Source of the DNA: Candidatus Nanoarchaeia archaeon
GTDB taxonomy: Archaea > Nanobdellota > Nanobdellia > Woesearchaeales > WJIZ01
Length of the DNA stretch: 64,000 bases
Assembly (NCBI GenBank): GCA_028279765.1
Contig: JANQND010000009.1
Coordinates: forward strand, 65,198-129,197
Direction: 5' to 3'
Shown: positions 47,690 to 56,408 of the stretch, in pieces
How the letters are laid out: every line of letters begins with the position of its first letter
How positions within the stretch are numbered: position 1 is the stretch's first letter
Made by a program: the position numbers and the translations under genes
The notes under the pieces: generated by a model
The model's input: only the letters and a program-made list of their open reading frames with translations
Told to the model about the DNA's origin: nothing
Databases searched by the model: none

Positions 47690-48150
47690 AAAAACTATTT
47701 CTTGCATTAATGTATCATGGAAAAGGGTCTCTTGATAATTCACTCTCTCTTCTTCAGAAACACTTCGGCCCTATTCAATCTCAATCAGAGCCCTTTGATT
47801 TTAATTTTACTAATTATTATGAGGAAGAATTTGGAAAAGACCTGAAGAAGGTTTTTTTAGTATTTGAAAAGGAAATTTCTAAGGGAGATTTAGTCAACAT
47901 AAGAGCACAAACTGCAGAGATTGAAGAAGAATTATCTGCTAATGGAAAAAGAACCGTAAACCTTGATCCAGGCTATCTTTCCGAAACTGAATTGGTGTTA
48001 GCGACAAAAAAATACCAATCCTTCAAAGAGGATTTAGGTAATGGCGTTTATGCCCATAAAGTGTTAGAGTTTAAAGATGATGAAGTGATTACGTTTTCAC
48101 ATACTTTTGCTGATTATAGAAAGAATAAAGAATTTTTTGAGAATAGCTAG
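47686..48150 (+). CDS. DUF4416-family protein
   Basis: FT.YYEEEFG, RTVNLDPGY, LATKK, TFADY. Confidence 0.8.
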   Translation: MKKLFLALMYHGKGSLDNSLSLLQKHFGPIQSQSEPFDFNFTNYYEEEFGKDLKKVFLVFEKEISKGDLVNIRAQTAEIEEELSANGKRTVNLDPGYLSETELVLATKKYQSFKEDLGNGVYAHKVLEFKDDEVITFSHTFADYRKNKEFFENS

Positions 48151-48932
48151 TGACTTGAATACACTTCTAACGGGTTTTTTACTTCATCTGCAATTTGTAT
48201 TTGCATATGATAAGCAGTTTTTAAAGCTCTTTCAGCTACGATTTTAGCAATTTGTAGCCCTTCACGACCTGAAAGTCCGGGTAAATAGAGTAGGAACTCA
48301 TCACCTGCAGAATCGTTAACTCTATGGGCAACAATATCTGACACTTCAGTCCGCACTCTTCGATCTTGCCCTGTTCGAGCTTCATTTTCTGCAAACATCA
48401 TATCTTCATTCTCTCTTCGATCATATCCAGACCGTACAGATCTACAAATTCCATCAATAGCGGCTCTAAGAATTCCTTCTCCAGAAGCTTCCAAATATCG
48501 ATCAACTAAAGTGTATCCTTTAATTGCATTATGATCGTGCATGCTATTGCCATCTAAGAGAACAAAATATCCTTCATTTTGACCTAGCTCATCTAATTCA
48601 AGCCGCTTGGTTTCGTATCCAAGCTTGTTAAAAAGTCCTGTCTTAGAATCAATTGACAATCGTTCTTGCGCAGCAATTAAATCTTCGCTGGCATTTGTTT
48701 CTCTAAGATAATTTAATACTTGCATAAAGTACTGAGCATTAGATTGATTTTGAATAGGGCTATCTTGAAGAGGTTCACCTTGATAAATATTGATATTCAT
48801 GAGGTCTTCTCGATTTCCTTTTTCCTTAGCTTCCATTAACGCCTGTGATGCTTCCTCAAAAGATGTACCAATACCTACTGAAAACTTAATAATTTCATTT
48901 TCCAGGCTTTTCGGTGTATTATGAGTAACCAT
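48147..48932 (-). CDS. GGDEF-like nucleotide cyclase domain protein, apparently circularly permuted
   Basis: DSKTGLFN, LLDGNSM, N..KGY..VD..L, AGDEFLLYLP, AERA; N-terminal FSVGIG...A..AL.EAKEKG. Confidence 0.7.
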   Translation of the reverse strand: MVTHNTPKSLENEIIKFSVGIGTSFEEASQALMEAKEKGNREDLMNINIYQGEPLQDSPIQNQSNAQYFMQVLNYLRETNASEDLIAAQERLSIDSKTGLFNKLGYETKRLELDELGQNEGYFVLLDGNSMHDHNAIKGYTLVDRYLEASGEGILRAAIDGICRSVRSGYDRRENEDMMFAENEARTGQDRRVRTEVSDIVAHRVNDSAGDEFLLYLPGLSGREGLQIAKIVAERALKTAYHMQIQIADEVKNPLEVYSSH

Positions 48933-49052
48933 ACCACTATTCAATCCCTTCTCCTATATAAAGCTTTCTATATTTGTCACTAAAAAGTAACAAAAATAAT
49001 GGAAAAAATCAGGGGAAACTATTTAAAAAGCCTGTCATTAGCAAATACTCAA

Positions 49053-49143
49053 GCCCGAGTAGTATAATGGATAGAATACCTGGTTGCGGAATACTATTCA
49101 ATGCAAAATCCAGGAGATCGGAGTTCAATTCTTCGCTCGGGCA
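49053..49143 (+). tRNA. tRNA-Arg(GCG) with 19-nt intron (49090-49108) at 37/38
   Basis: Acceptor GCCCGAG/CTCGGGC, anticodon stem CCTGG/CCAGG, T-arm CGGAG-TTCAATT-CTTCG; bulge-helix-bulge (TTGC:GCAA helix); CCA not encoded. Confidence 0.93.
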
Positions 49144-49301
49144 TTATACGTGCGGCTTTATGCCGCACCCTTTCCCGAGGCTTTTGAAAAGGCTCCTTGC
49201 TGTTCGATTCTCGGCACGATATAATTATCATGAATTGCATATGATTCGCCTTATAGGGAGCAGAGGTATAGATTTTTAAGTGAGAGAAGGATTCTTTGCA
49301 C

Positions 49302-49913
49302 ATGGGTGGGAACGAGATTGAAGAAGTCATAGATTCATTATTTGTCAATGTGCCAGACTTTCCATTAGCTGGACACAATTACCCTAATGTTAGCAGTATT
49401 CTTTATACAAATCCAGAGATTTTGCAAAATATGGTGCAGGATTGCATTGATCATGTTGAACAGCACAAGCCAGAAAAGATTGCCTGCATAGAAACTTGTG
49501 GTTCCTATTTAGGAGCACCAGCTGCTTATTCTCTTCGTTTAGGTCTTGTTCCATTGAAGTCTAGAGGTAAATTAGCTGGGGAGGTTGTAAGCGAGAAGTA
49601 TGATATAGTCTATGCATCAGGCAGGGAAATGCAAATGCAAACAGCTGCTGTTAATCCGAATGAGAGGATATTCATTGTTGATGATTATCTAGCAACAGGG
49701 GGCTCCTTTTTTGCAGCGAAGAAGCTTATTGAAAGCCAGGGTGGCGCTGTAGTAGGAGCTTATTTCGGTATAATTGAGCCTTCATTACATGGATATTCTA
49801 AAGCCATGCATTCTGGAGTTCCAATCAGGTATACCTTTTCTCTTGATTTTCATCAGCAACATAAGGAATGGAGGGTTTCCAATAAAACTTTGCTAGTCAA
49901 TAACTGGCAGTAA
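49302..49913 (+). CDS. apt: Adenine phosphoribosyltransferase-like
   Basis: VPDFP..G, GKLAG, IVDDYLATGGS. Confidence 0.85.
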   Translation: MGGNEIEEVIDSLFVNVPDFPLAGHNYPNVSSILYTNPEILQNMVQDCIDHVEQHKPEKIACIETCGSYLGAPAAYSLRLGLVPLKSRGKLAGEVVSEKYDIVYASGREMQMQTAAVNPNERIFIVDDYLATGGSFFAAKKLIESQGGAVVGAYFGIIEPSLHGYSKAMHSGVPIRYTFSLDFHQQHKEWRVSNKTLLVNNWQ

Positions 49914-49927
49914 ACAAGTCCTGAATC

Positions 49928-50902
49928 TCAATCCTTCACATACTTGCTCACATCAAAACGAACAGCTAAATACTTGATGGGCTTACCGTCAGCACCCAAA
50001 ACAGGCGTAATCGCCGACTCCACCCAATAGAACCGTCCGGATTTCGCTTTATTCTTAATCATCCCGATCCAGGTTTTACCTGAGGAAATCGTCGTCCACA
50101 TTTTTCTAAAGAAAGATGCCGGATGATGACCAGAATTAATAATCGAGTGATCCTTGCCTAATAGCTCCTTTCGGGAGTATCCCGAAATTTCCACAAACTT
50201 ATCATTCACATAGGTAATCTTCCCTTTCACATCAGTCTCTGCAACGATTGCGGACTTATTCAATGCTTCTCTTTCTGCCTCAAGCAGCCGCTTCTGCCTC
50301 ATCACTTCCTCTTGCGCCCGAACTCTCTCTGTTATATCTTCAATACTCAATACCACAGACAATCTCTCATCAGGGTTAATCAGCTTCGAGCCACGAATGC
50401 TCAGGGTACGAAACCTGCTATCAACTAAGGTCATCTCACAAGTATCAGCAATACCATCAATGATTCGGGTGATTTTGCGCAGCTTCACAGGATTATCCAA
50501 TCCTAACACTGCCTCATAAAATCGCTGGCCTTCCCGATGCCCGTACCAATCAACAAGCCTGCTGCTCATAAAGAGAATAGTATAGCTTGAATCAATGACT
50601 GCAAGACCGTTGGGAAGGGTGGACACAATGTCTGAGAGAACTTTTTCTGTGAATGTTTTATGCTCAGTGTTAGCAGAATCCATGAGGGTTTGAATGGGTG
50701 CCTTATTGATGAACCACAGCTTTGCTTTGCCCACAGCTTTATGCCGCAGAAGTCCATTTGCTTCCATAAATGAGAGATACTTAGAGACCGTATGCCGCTC
50801 AAAGGACATCTTTTTTTCAATTTCAGTAATCGTTGCACCACTAGCTCCAATATCAGAGACAATGGAGAGAATTTGTTTTTCAATCTTCTTTTTGACAATC
50901 AT
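49928..50902 (-). CDS. wHTH-PAS-PAS one-component regulator
   Basis: N-terminal TITEI.....ERHTVSKYL; distal PAS YVNDKFVEISGYSRKELLGKDH...FF..MW..I..G..W...N..K.G..YWV. Confidence 0.88.
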   Translation of the reverse strand: MIVKKKIEKQILSIVSDIGASGATITEIEKKMSFERHTVSKYLSFMEANGLLRHKAVGKAKLWFINKAPIQTLMDSANTEHKTFTEKVLSDIVSTLPNGLAVIDSSYTILFMSSRLVDWYGHREGQRFYEAVLGLDNPVKLRKITRIIDGIADTCEMTLVDSRFRTLSIRGSKLINPDERLSVVLSIEDITERVRAQEEVMRQKRLLEAEREALNKSAIVAETDVKGKITYVNDKFVEISGYSRKELLGKDHSIINSGHHPASFFRKMWTTISSGKTWIGMIKNKAKSGRFYWVESAITPVLGADGKPIKYLAVRFDVSKYVKD

Positions 50903-50940
50903 ACTCTAAGCAAACCTTGCCAATATATAAACATTTCTTA

Positions 50941-50962
50941 TGGTTTCCATTAATGGTAACCA
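50941..50962. promoter_or_regulatory. Palindrome between back-to-back TATA boxes of the PAS regulator and nrd operon
   Basis: TGGTTTCCATT-AATGGTAACCA (1 mismatch) flanked by TATATAAA and TTTATATA. Confidence 0.55.
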
Positions 50963-51093
50963 AAAAGCAGCAAATTTATATACTGAAATTCCCTTATAAA
51001 TTCAGTTTGAGAGCAAGGCAGGGAGCACTTCTTACGACGATAAAGAAAGAATAATCTACCTGCCGGAATCTAACAACGCTAGTAAAAAGAGGG

Positions 51094-51273
51094 ATGAAAA
51101 TGTGCAATTGCAGGCAATGCAATAACGAGATAGCAGGGGATGGTAATACGACCATTGTCCTTTGTTCCTTTAAGCAGGGTCCGGTTCATTTGGGCTGTTG
51201 CCTAAATACATGCAGCTGGGATCAAAGACCCTGCGAGCATTCAAGGGGCATCTTCGAGAAGATCGGTGATTAA
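51094..51273 (+). CDS. Cys-rich 59-aa protein (not in ORF track)
   Basis: MKMCNCRQCNNEIAGDGNTTIVLCSFKQGPVHLGCCLNTCSWDQRPCEHSRGIFEKIGD; purine-rich SD-like GAGGG; stop 3 nt before nrdD. Confidence 0.7.
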   Translation: MKMCNCRQCNNEIAGDGNTTIVLCSFKQGPVHLGCCLNTCSWDQRPCEHSRGIFEKIGD

Positions 51274-51276
51274 GAG

Positions 51277-53280
51277 ATGGAATTGAAAAGAATACGAAAA
51301 CGTGACGCAAGAATAGTAGAGTTCGATCAACAAAAAATTACGAGCGCTATATTTAAGGCTGCAAAATCCGTTGGCGGAACAGATGAGAGTATAGCAAAAA
51401 CCCTCTCTGATAAAGTAGTTGCTGTACTCGAATACATGTACGGCGCAAAGGAAATCCCTACCGTTGAAGAAGTCCAGGATGTCGTGGAAAAAATTCTTAT
51501 CAAGTCAGGCCACGCAAGTACCGCAAAAGCATACATCCTCCATCGAAAGCAGCACGAAAAAATGCGCTCCATGAAAGGATCCTTTCTGGAAGTGCGCAAT
51601 GCTGTCGATGAATACCTTAAAAAAACAGACTGGCGTGTCTATGAGAACAGCAATGCAGATTACTCGTTTTCAGGCCTTATGTCACACACCGCAAGCAAAA
51701 TACTGGCAAACTACACGCTCACTGAAATCTATTCAGATGAGATCGCCCGCGCACACAAAAACGCGGACATCCATATCCATGATCTAGGATACGGAGTTAT
51801 TGGCTATTGTTCTGGTTGGTCACTAAAAAGTCTGCTTATGAGCGGATTTGGCGGGGTTTCCAAAAAAATCCGATCAAAACCACCTAAACACCTAGATGTT
51901 GCATGCGTTCAGATGGTAAATTTTCTCGGAACCATGCAGATGGAGCATGCAGGGGCCCAGGCGTTTTCCTCCATAGATACCCTGCTTGCTCCTTTTATTC
52001 GCATAGATAACCTCCCTTACGAACAGGTAAAACAATGCATGCAGATGCTTGTTTTCTCTTTGAATGTGCCAAGCAGATGGGGATGCCAGGCACCCTTTAC
52101 TAACTTCACTTTTGACTGGACAGTACCAAAAGATATGGAGAAAGAGCCAGCAATAATTGGTGGAGAACTCATGGATTTCACTTACGGAGACTGCCAAAAC
52201 GAAATGGACCTGATTAACCAGGCATTTATTGAAGTCATGCTTGAAGGAGATGCAGACGGCAGAACATTCTTCTATCCTATCCCTACCTATAATGTCACGA
52301 AAGACTTCAACTGGGATTCTTATAACGCGAAACTGCTTTTTGAAATGACCGCTAAGTACGGGACCCCTTATTTTCAGAACTTCATTAATAGCTCATTAAC
52401 TCCTTCAGATGTTCGCAGTATGTGTTGTAGATTACAGCTCGATCTCAAGCAACTAAGAAATAAGATGGGAGGATTATTCGGCGCCGGTGACCAAACCGGG
52501 AGTATTGGTGTAGTAACCATCAATCTTCCACGAATCGGATACCTTGCAAAAGATGAAAAGGAATTTTTCCAATATCTAGATCAAGTGATGGAAATAGCAA
52601 GAGATTCCTTGGAAACAAAGCGATCAATCATTGAAAAAAATCTCAAAGCAGGCTTAATGCCCTTCACCAGGAAATTTTTGGGTTCCTATCGCAATCATTT
52701 TTCAACTATCGGACTAAATGGAATGCATGAAGCGCTGCTCAACCTTATCGGTAAGGGAATAGAAACACAAGAGGGAAGAGAACTGGCAGTAAAGGCACTC
52801 CAATTCATGCGCGATAAGCTCACTGAGTATCAGGAAAGCACAGGCAACCTCTACAACCTTGAAGCAGTGCCTTGTGAGTCTGCAACATACCGATTCGCAA
52901 AGCAGGACAAAGAGAATTATCCTGATATTATCTCTGCAGGAACAAAGGAAAAACCCTACTACACGAACTCAACACACTTACCGGTAAACCACACCGACGA
53001 TGTCTTTGATGCCCTGGAACATCAGGATGAGTTACAGACACTCTATACCGGTGGCACAGTCCTGCATTGCTTTTTGGGAGAGAGGCTGGACAATTGGCGC
53101 AGTACGATGAAGCTAGTCAAAACTATTGCCAATAACTTCTCTCTCCCATATTTTACCCTGACACCCACTTTCAGTATTTGCCCCGAGCATGGATACATTA
53201 AAGGAGAACATTTCACTTGTCCCTGTCACATAGAAGAAGAAAAAGTACAAATAAAGGAGGTAGAAACATATGAAATGTGA
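51277..53280 (+). CDS. nrdD: Anaerobic (class III) ribonucleotide reductase, ATP cone plus catalytic core, lacking Gly-radical loop
   Basis: KRD ATP cone, IHIHDL, GYC, RSMCCRL, TGSIGVVTINLPR, YTGGTVLH, CPEHGY. Confidence 0.95.
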   Translation: MELKRIRKRDARIVEFDQQKITSAIFKAAKSVGGTDESIAKTLSDKVVAVLEYMYGAKEIPTVEEVQDVVEKILIKSGHASTAKAYILHRKQHEKMRSMKGSFLEVRNAVDEYLKKTDWRVYENSNADYSFSGLMSHTASKILANYTLTEIYSDEIARAHKNADIHIHDLGYGVIGYCSGWSLKSLLMSGFGGVSKKIRSKPPKHLDVACVQMVNFLGTMQMEHAGAQAFSSIDTLLAPFIRIDNLPYEQVKQCMQMLVFSLNVPSRWGCQAPFTNFTFDWTVPKDMEKEPAIIGGELMDFTYGDCQNEMDLINQAFIEVMLEGDADGRTFFYPIPTYNVTKDFNWDSYNAKLLFEMTAKYGTPYFQNFINSSLTPSDVRSMCCRLQLDLKQLRNKMGGLFGAGDQTGSIGVVTINLPRIGYLAKDEKEFFQYLDQVMEIARDSLETKRSIIEKNLKAGLMPFTRKFLGSYRNHFSTIGLNGMHEALLNLIGKGIETQEGRELAVKALQFMRDKLTEYQESTGNLYNLEAVPCESATYRFAKQDKENYPDIISAGTKEKPYYTNSTHLPVNHTDDVFDALEHQDELQTLYTGGTVLHCFLGERLDNWRSTMKLVKTIANNFSLPYFTLTPTFSICPEHGYIKGEHFTCPCHIEEEKVQIKEVETYEM

Positions 53281-53434
53281 GAGAAAAACAGAAGTATATA
53301 GCCGAATCGTGGGTTATTTTCGACCCATACAAAATTGGAACATTGGAAAACAGCAGGAATTCAAAGATAGGCAGGAGTATTCTGGGAAAATGGAAGGCGC
53401 TATTACCGTGCCTTGCACACCAAAGCAAAAATGA
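53270..53434 (+). CDS. Stand-alone NrdD glycyl-radical domain, 54 aa (not in ORF track)
   Basis: MKCERKTEVYSRIVGYFRPIQNWNIGKQQEFKDR...; own SD AAGGAGGT; ATGA overlap with nrdG. Confidence 0.9.
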   Translation: MKCERKTEVYSRIVGYFRPIQNWNIGKQQEFKDRQEYSGKMEGAITVPCTPKQK

Positions 53435-54165
53435 TTCCTATCCCTATTAAGGGACTGCAGAAAACAACACTTATCGACTACCCAGGCAAACTTGCCTGCA
53501 CAATTTTTATTGGAGGGTGCAACCTTCGATGCGGTTACTGCTACAACTCCTCTCTTGTCTTCAACAAAGGAGACACTATTCCTCTGCAGGATATCTTCGA
53601 CTTCTTGAGCAGCAGAAAAAAACACCTGGAAGGAGTCTGTATTACCGGAGGAGAGCCAACACTATACCCTCAGATAATCCATTTGTGCCAATTGATTAAA
53701 GAGATGGGATACCTTGTCAAGCTTGACACAAACGGAACTAATCCAGAATTACTTGAACAATTGCTTCAAAAGCAACTGATCGATTACTGCGCAATGGACG
53801 TCAAATGCCCCATAACAGACTACGATAAGGTTGTGCAGGTCTGGACAAATAAGAAAAGATTGAGAAAAAGCGTTCGCCTGCTCCTTAACTCAAGCATTGA
53901 ATACGAATTTCGAACCACTCTGCTTCCTGACATGAGCAGTGAAAAGGCAATCCTGCAAATAGCCCAGAGCATCAAAGGAGCAAAGCGCTATTACCTACAG
54001 CAGTTCAGGCCAACCTCAACTTGTATTGATGAAAAATACTGTTCTATAACTCCCCTTAGTGAAGAAAAAATACTGGAGCTCAAGCATCTCGTCGAGCCCT
54101 TTGTAGAGCATGTAGAAGTGAGGGGGCTGGACACTCTGGAAGTTGCTTCTTGGACTTCTATGTGA
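53431..54165 (+). CDS. nrdG: Anaerobic RNR activating enzyme (radical SAM)
   Basis: TLIDYPG, GCNLRCGYCYN, ITGGEPT, LDTNG, EFRTT. Confidence 0.93.
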   Translation: MIPIPIKGLQKTTLIDYPGKLACTIFIGGCNLRCGYCYNSSLVFNKGDTIPLQDIFDFLSSRKKHLEGVCITGGEPTLYPQIIHLCQLIKEMGYLVKLDTNGTNPELLEQLLQKQLIDYCAMDVKCPITDYDKVVQVWTNKKRLRKSVRLLLNSSIEYEFRTTLLPDMSSEKAILQIAQSIKGAKRYYLQQFRPTSTCIDEKYCSITPLSEEKILELKHLVEPFVEHVEVRGLDTLEVASWTSM

Positions 54166-54222
54166 AATATTTTTCCATCAGCGTCAGAAAAACTTTATAT
54201 ATCGGTGTAAAATCCATGCCTT

Positions 54223-55314
54223 ATGGTTAAAAAAGTACTTTTTCTGTACAACGGAGGAACTATTGGGCAGGTTGTGGAGAAAAGAGGGGATCAAACAGTA
54301 CTTGTTCCACCTAAAGATTCTAAAATATTCCAGCAGGCATGCGAGCCAATTATCGAGAAACTCAGTGCAGATTCAAAAATTACCTTCGAGTTCATAACTT
54401 CGAAGGATAGTTCTAACATGACTCCTAATGATTGGGAGAAATTAATTTTTCGTATCAAAAAAGCACAGGACGAAGAGAAATATGATGCTGTGGCAATTGC
54501 ACACGGAACTGATACGCTGGCTTATACTGCAACTGCTCTTGCTCTGGCCTTGCATGGAAAAAATCCAGGAAAAAGCGGCCTGCGAATTCCTATCTGCATT
54601 ACGGGATCTCAAACTCCTGTATATGAGCCTGGCGGGGATGGACAATTCAATTTGGAAAATCTCTTCAGAACAATCAACAAGGCAATTGAATTAGAGGTTG
54701 CAGATGTTATGGTTAATTTTTGGGATAAAGTTTTCTTAGGCAGTAGAATTATTAAAACAAGTGAGAAGGATTTTGATGCCTTTGCAACTCCTGGATTTCC
54801 CACTGTAGGCCAAATTGATGCTCAAGGAGTAAATTTAAACCTCTTTCACTTAAAATTAAAGAAGGACACACAAGAAAAATTGAGTATTGCACCGAAATTC
54901 GGAAGAGGAGTGGTTAGCTTTGAATTAACGCCCGGGACGGATCCAAACGTGGTACTGGGCTTCATTACCGGTGGAGGAATATCTGCAATGATTTTAAAAT
55001 CCTTAGGAGAAGGAAATGTCTGCGCAGAGGGTCAGTATAATCTTATACCTGTAATCAAACAATCTTCATCCGATTATATGGTACCAATTTTCATCACAAC
55101 TAAATTTGTTGGTGGAACTGCTGGCGGAGCACATTATGAAATTGGTCTGCAAGCCATTGAAGAAGGAGGTATTCCTTGCTATAATCACACTGACATAGCT
55201 GTAGATGTGAAAGTGAGATGGCTCATTGGTAATGGTATTTGCTCAAGTATCGATGATTTCAAAAAAGCCATGAAAACAAGTTATGCAGGTGAGGTAAATC
55301 CTCCTAAAGAATAG
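54223..55314 (+). CDS. L-asparaginase/glutaminase family protein
   Basis: GGTI, DSSNMTP, HGTDTLAY, TGSQ. Confidence 0.88.
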   Translation: MVKKVLFLYNGGTIGQVVEKRGDQTVLVPPKDSKIFQQACEPIIEKLSADSKITFEFITSKDSSNMTPNDWEKLIFRIKKAQDEEKYDAVAIAHGTDTLAYTATALALALHGKNPGKSGLRIPICITGSQTPVYEPGGDGQFNLENLFRTINKAIELEVADVMVNFWDKVFLGSRIIKTSEKDFDAFATPGFPTVGQIDAQGVNLNLFHLKLKKDTQEKLSIAPKFGRGVVSFELTPGTDPNVVLGFITGGGISAMILKSLGEGNVCAEGQYNLIPVIKQSSSDYMVPIFITTKFVGGTAGGAHYEIGLQAIEEGGIPCYNHTDIAVDVKVRWLIGNGICSSIDDFKKAMKTSYAGEVNPPKE

Positions 55315-55365
55315 TCTTTTTCTAAAACCCAAACCATTAAATAACGACCTCACTCAATCAAAACC

Positions 55366-55686
55366 ATGCACGAGACCATCATCTCCGATAATATCATCAA
55401 GGAAGCCCAAAAGCACGGCAACGTCGAACAAATTTCTCTTGAAGTCGGTGAGCTTGCCCATATTCCCATGGATGAGCTTCTGGAATGCCTGAAAGGACTC
55501 GTAGACTGGAAAATAGATGCAACAGAAAAGCCATCAAAAGTGAAATGCATTTGTGGTTTCGAGGGACACCCAACGATACTGGAGCGAGGTCACGATTCTT
55601 TCCTGATTGAATGCCCCAAATGCAAAAGCGTTCCCCAGGTGATCGATGGAACCGACATAAAACTTCTCAGTGTGCAGGTAAAATAA
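55366..55686 (+). CDS. hypA: Hydrogenase nickel incorporation protein HypA
   Basis: MHE N-terminus, VGEL, CICG and CPKC. Confidence 0.9.
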   Translation: MHETIISDNIIKEAQKHGNVEQISLEVGELAHIPMDELLECLKGLVDWKIDATEKPSKVKCICGFEGHPTILERGHDSFLIECPKCKSVPQVIDGTDIKLLSVQVK

Positions 55687-55691
55687 GGTAA

Positions 55692-56408
55692 TTAGTGCAA
55701 AGCATTAATTGCTGAAATCGTCTTGAGGGTATACTTCTGCAGATTATTTGCTTGCTCCTGAGTGAGTTTCACACACGCAAATCCCCAGTGCAGGGCAACT
55801 CTATCACCCTCGGTTATATCGGGAAAGAGTTTTCTCCTGCAAACCACAATCTTACTTTCCGGCTCACTAAGGGATAATTTCCTGTTACTCTCCTTGAGGG
55901 TTTGAGATAGCACGAGTAATTTCTCCGGAAGTACCTCTACAACTTTGCCCCAGGAAATTCGTGCATTGTCCATGTTTTGAAGACTCGCTTCATAGGAGCC
56001 AGCAAAACCTGGTGATCTCAGAAACAAAGCATGAAAAGAATGATGCGGAAAACAACCGGTAGGTATCTGTTTACTCAATTCATCTGCATCGGACAAATCA
56101 TTTCTTTTCTTAACTAATTCCTCCGCCAGAATAACCATATCAGGTTGTGTAAAACTATCAAGCAAAGAGTTTCCAATCCAATACGCCTCGACCACTGAAG
56201 GGTCAAATACCGGTTTTCCGCTCTTCTTAGCGATAGCATGTAGGGAGGTAAGCAACCCAGGATACGAGCAAAGCAATTTTTCAATCCCATCAGAGTTTTG
56301 TTTAGTAACCAGAAAATCCATAAATACGCTGCCGATCTTAGGAGATCCCCAAAAGCCCAGCGCATTCGTAATATACGAAAACCGCACCGCAAGCTCACGC
56401 CCATCCAT
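55692..56408 (-). CDS. DUF6390-like protein with HypC-like C-terminus
   Basis: N.LGF.G, VVEAYWIGN, PHHSFH, RISWGKV, GDRVALHW. Confidence 0.75.
   Translation of the reverse strand: MDGRELAVRFSYITNALGFWGSPKIGSVFMDFLVTKQNSDGIEKLLCSYPGLLTSLHAIAKKSGKPVFDPSVVEAYWIGNSLLDSFTQPDMVILAEELVKKRNDLSDADELSKQIPTGCFPHHSFHALFLRSPGFAGSYEASLQNMDNARISWGKVVEVLPEKLLVLSQTLKESNRKLSLSEPESKIVVCRRKLFPDITEGDRVALHWGFACVKLTQEQANNLQKYTLKTISAINALH

Noticed and set aside
48147-48932. Cas10/type III CRISPR assignment for the palm-domain protein
   Set aside because: Too short, no HD domain or GGDD, no cas neighbours
48974-49378. ORFs 48974-49279 (+) and 49094-49378 (-)
   Set aside because: Overlap the tRNA-Arg gene; shadow ORFs
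47031-49913. Intact integrative element at tRNA-Arg
   Set aside because: No integrase or clear flanking direct repeats; only a weak scar, reported separately
53200-53290. nrdD as a pseudogene or programmed frameshift
   Set aside because: Downstream part has its own strong SD and ATG and couples to nrdG; no convincing slippery site with stimulatory structure seen
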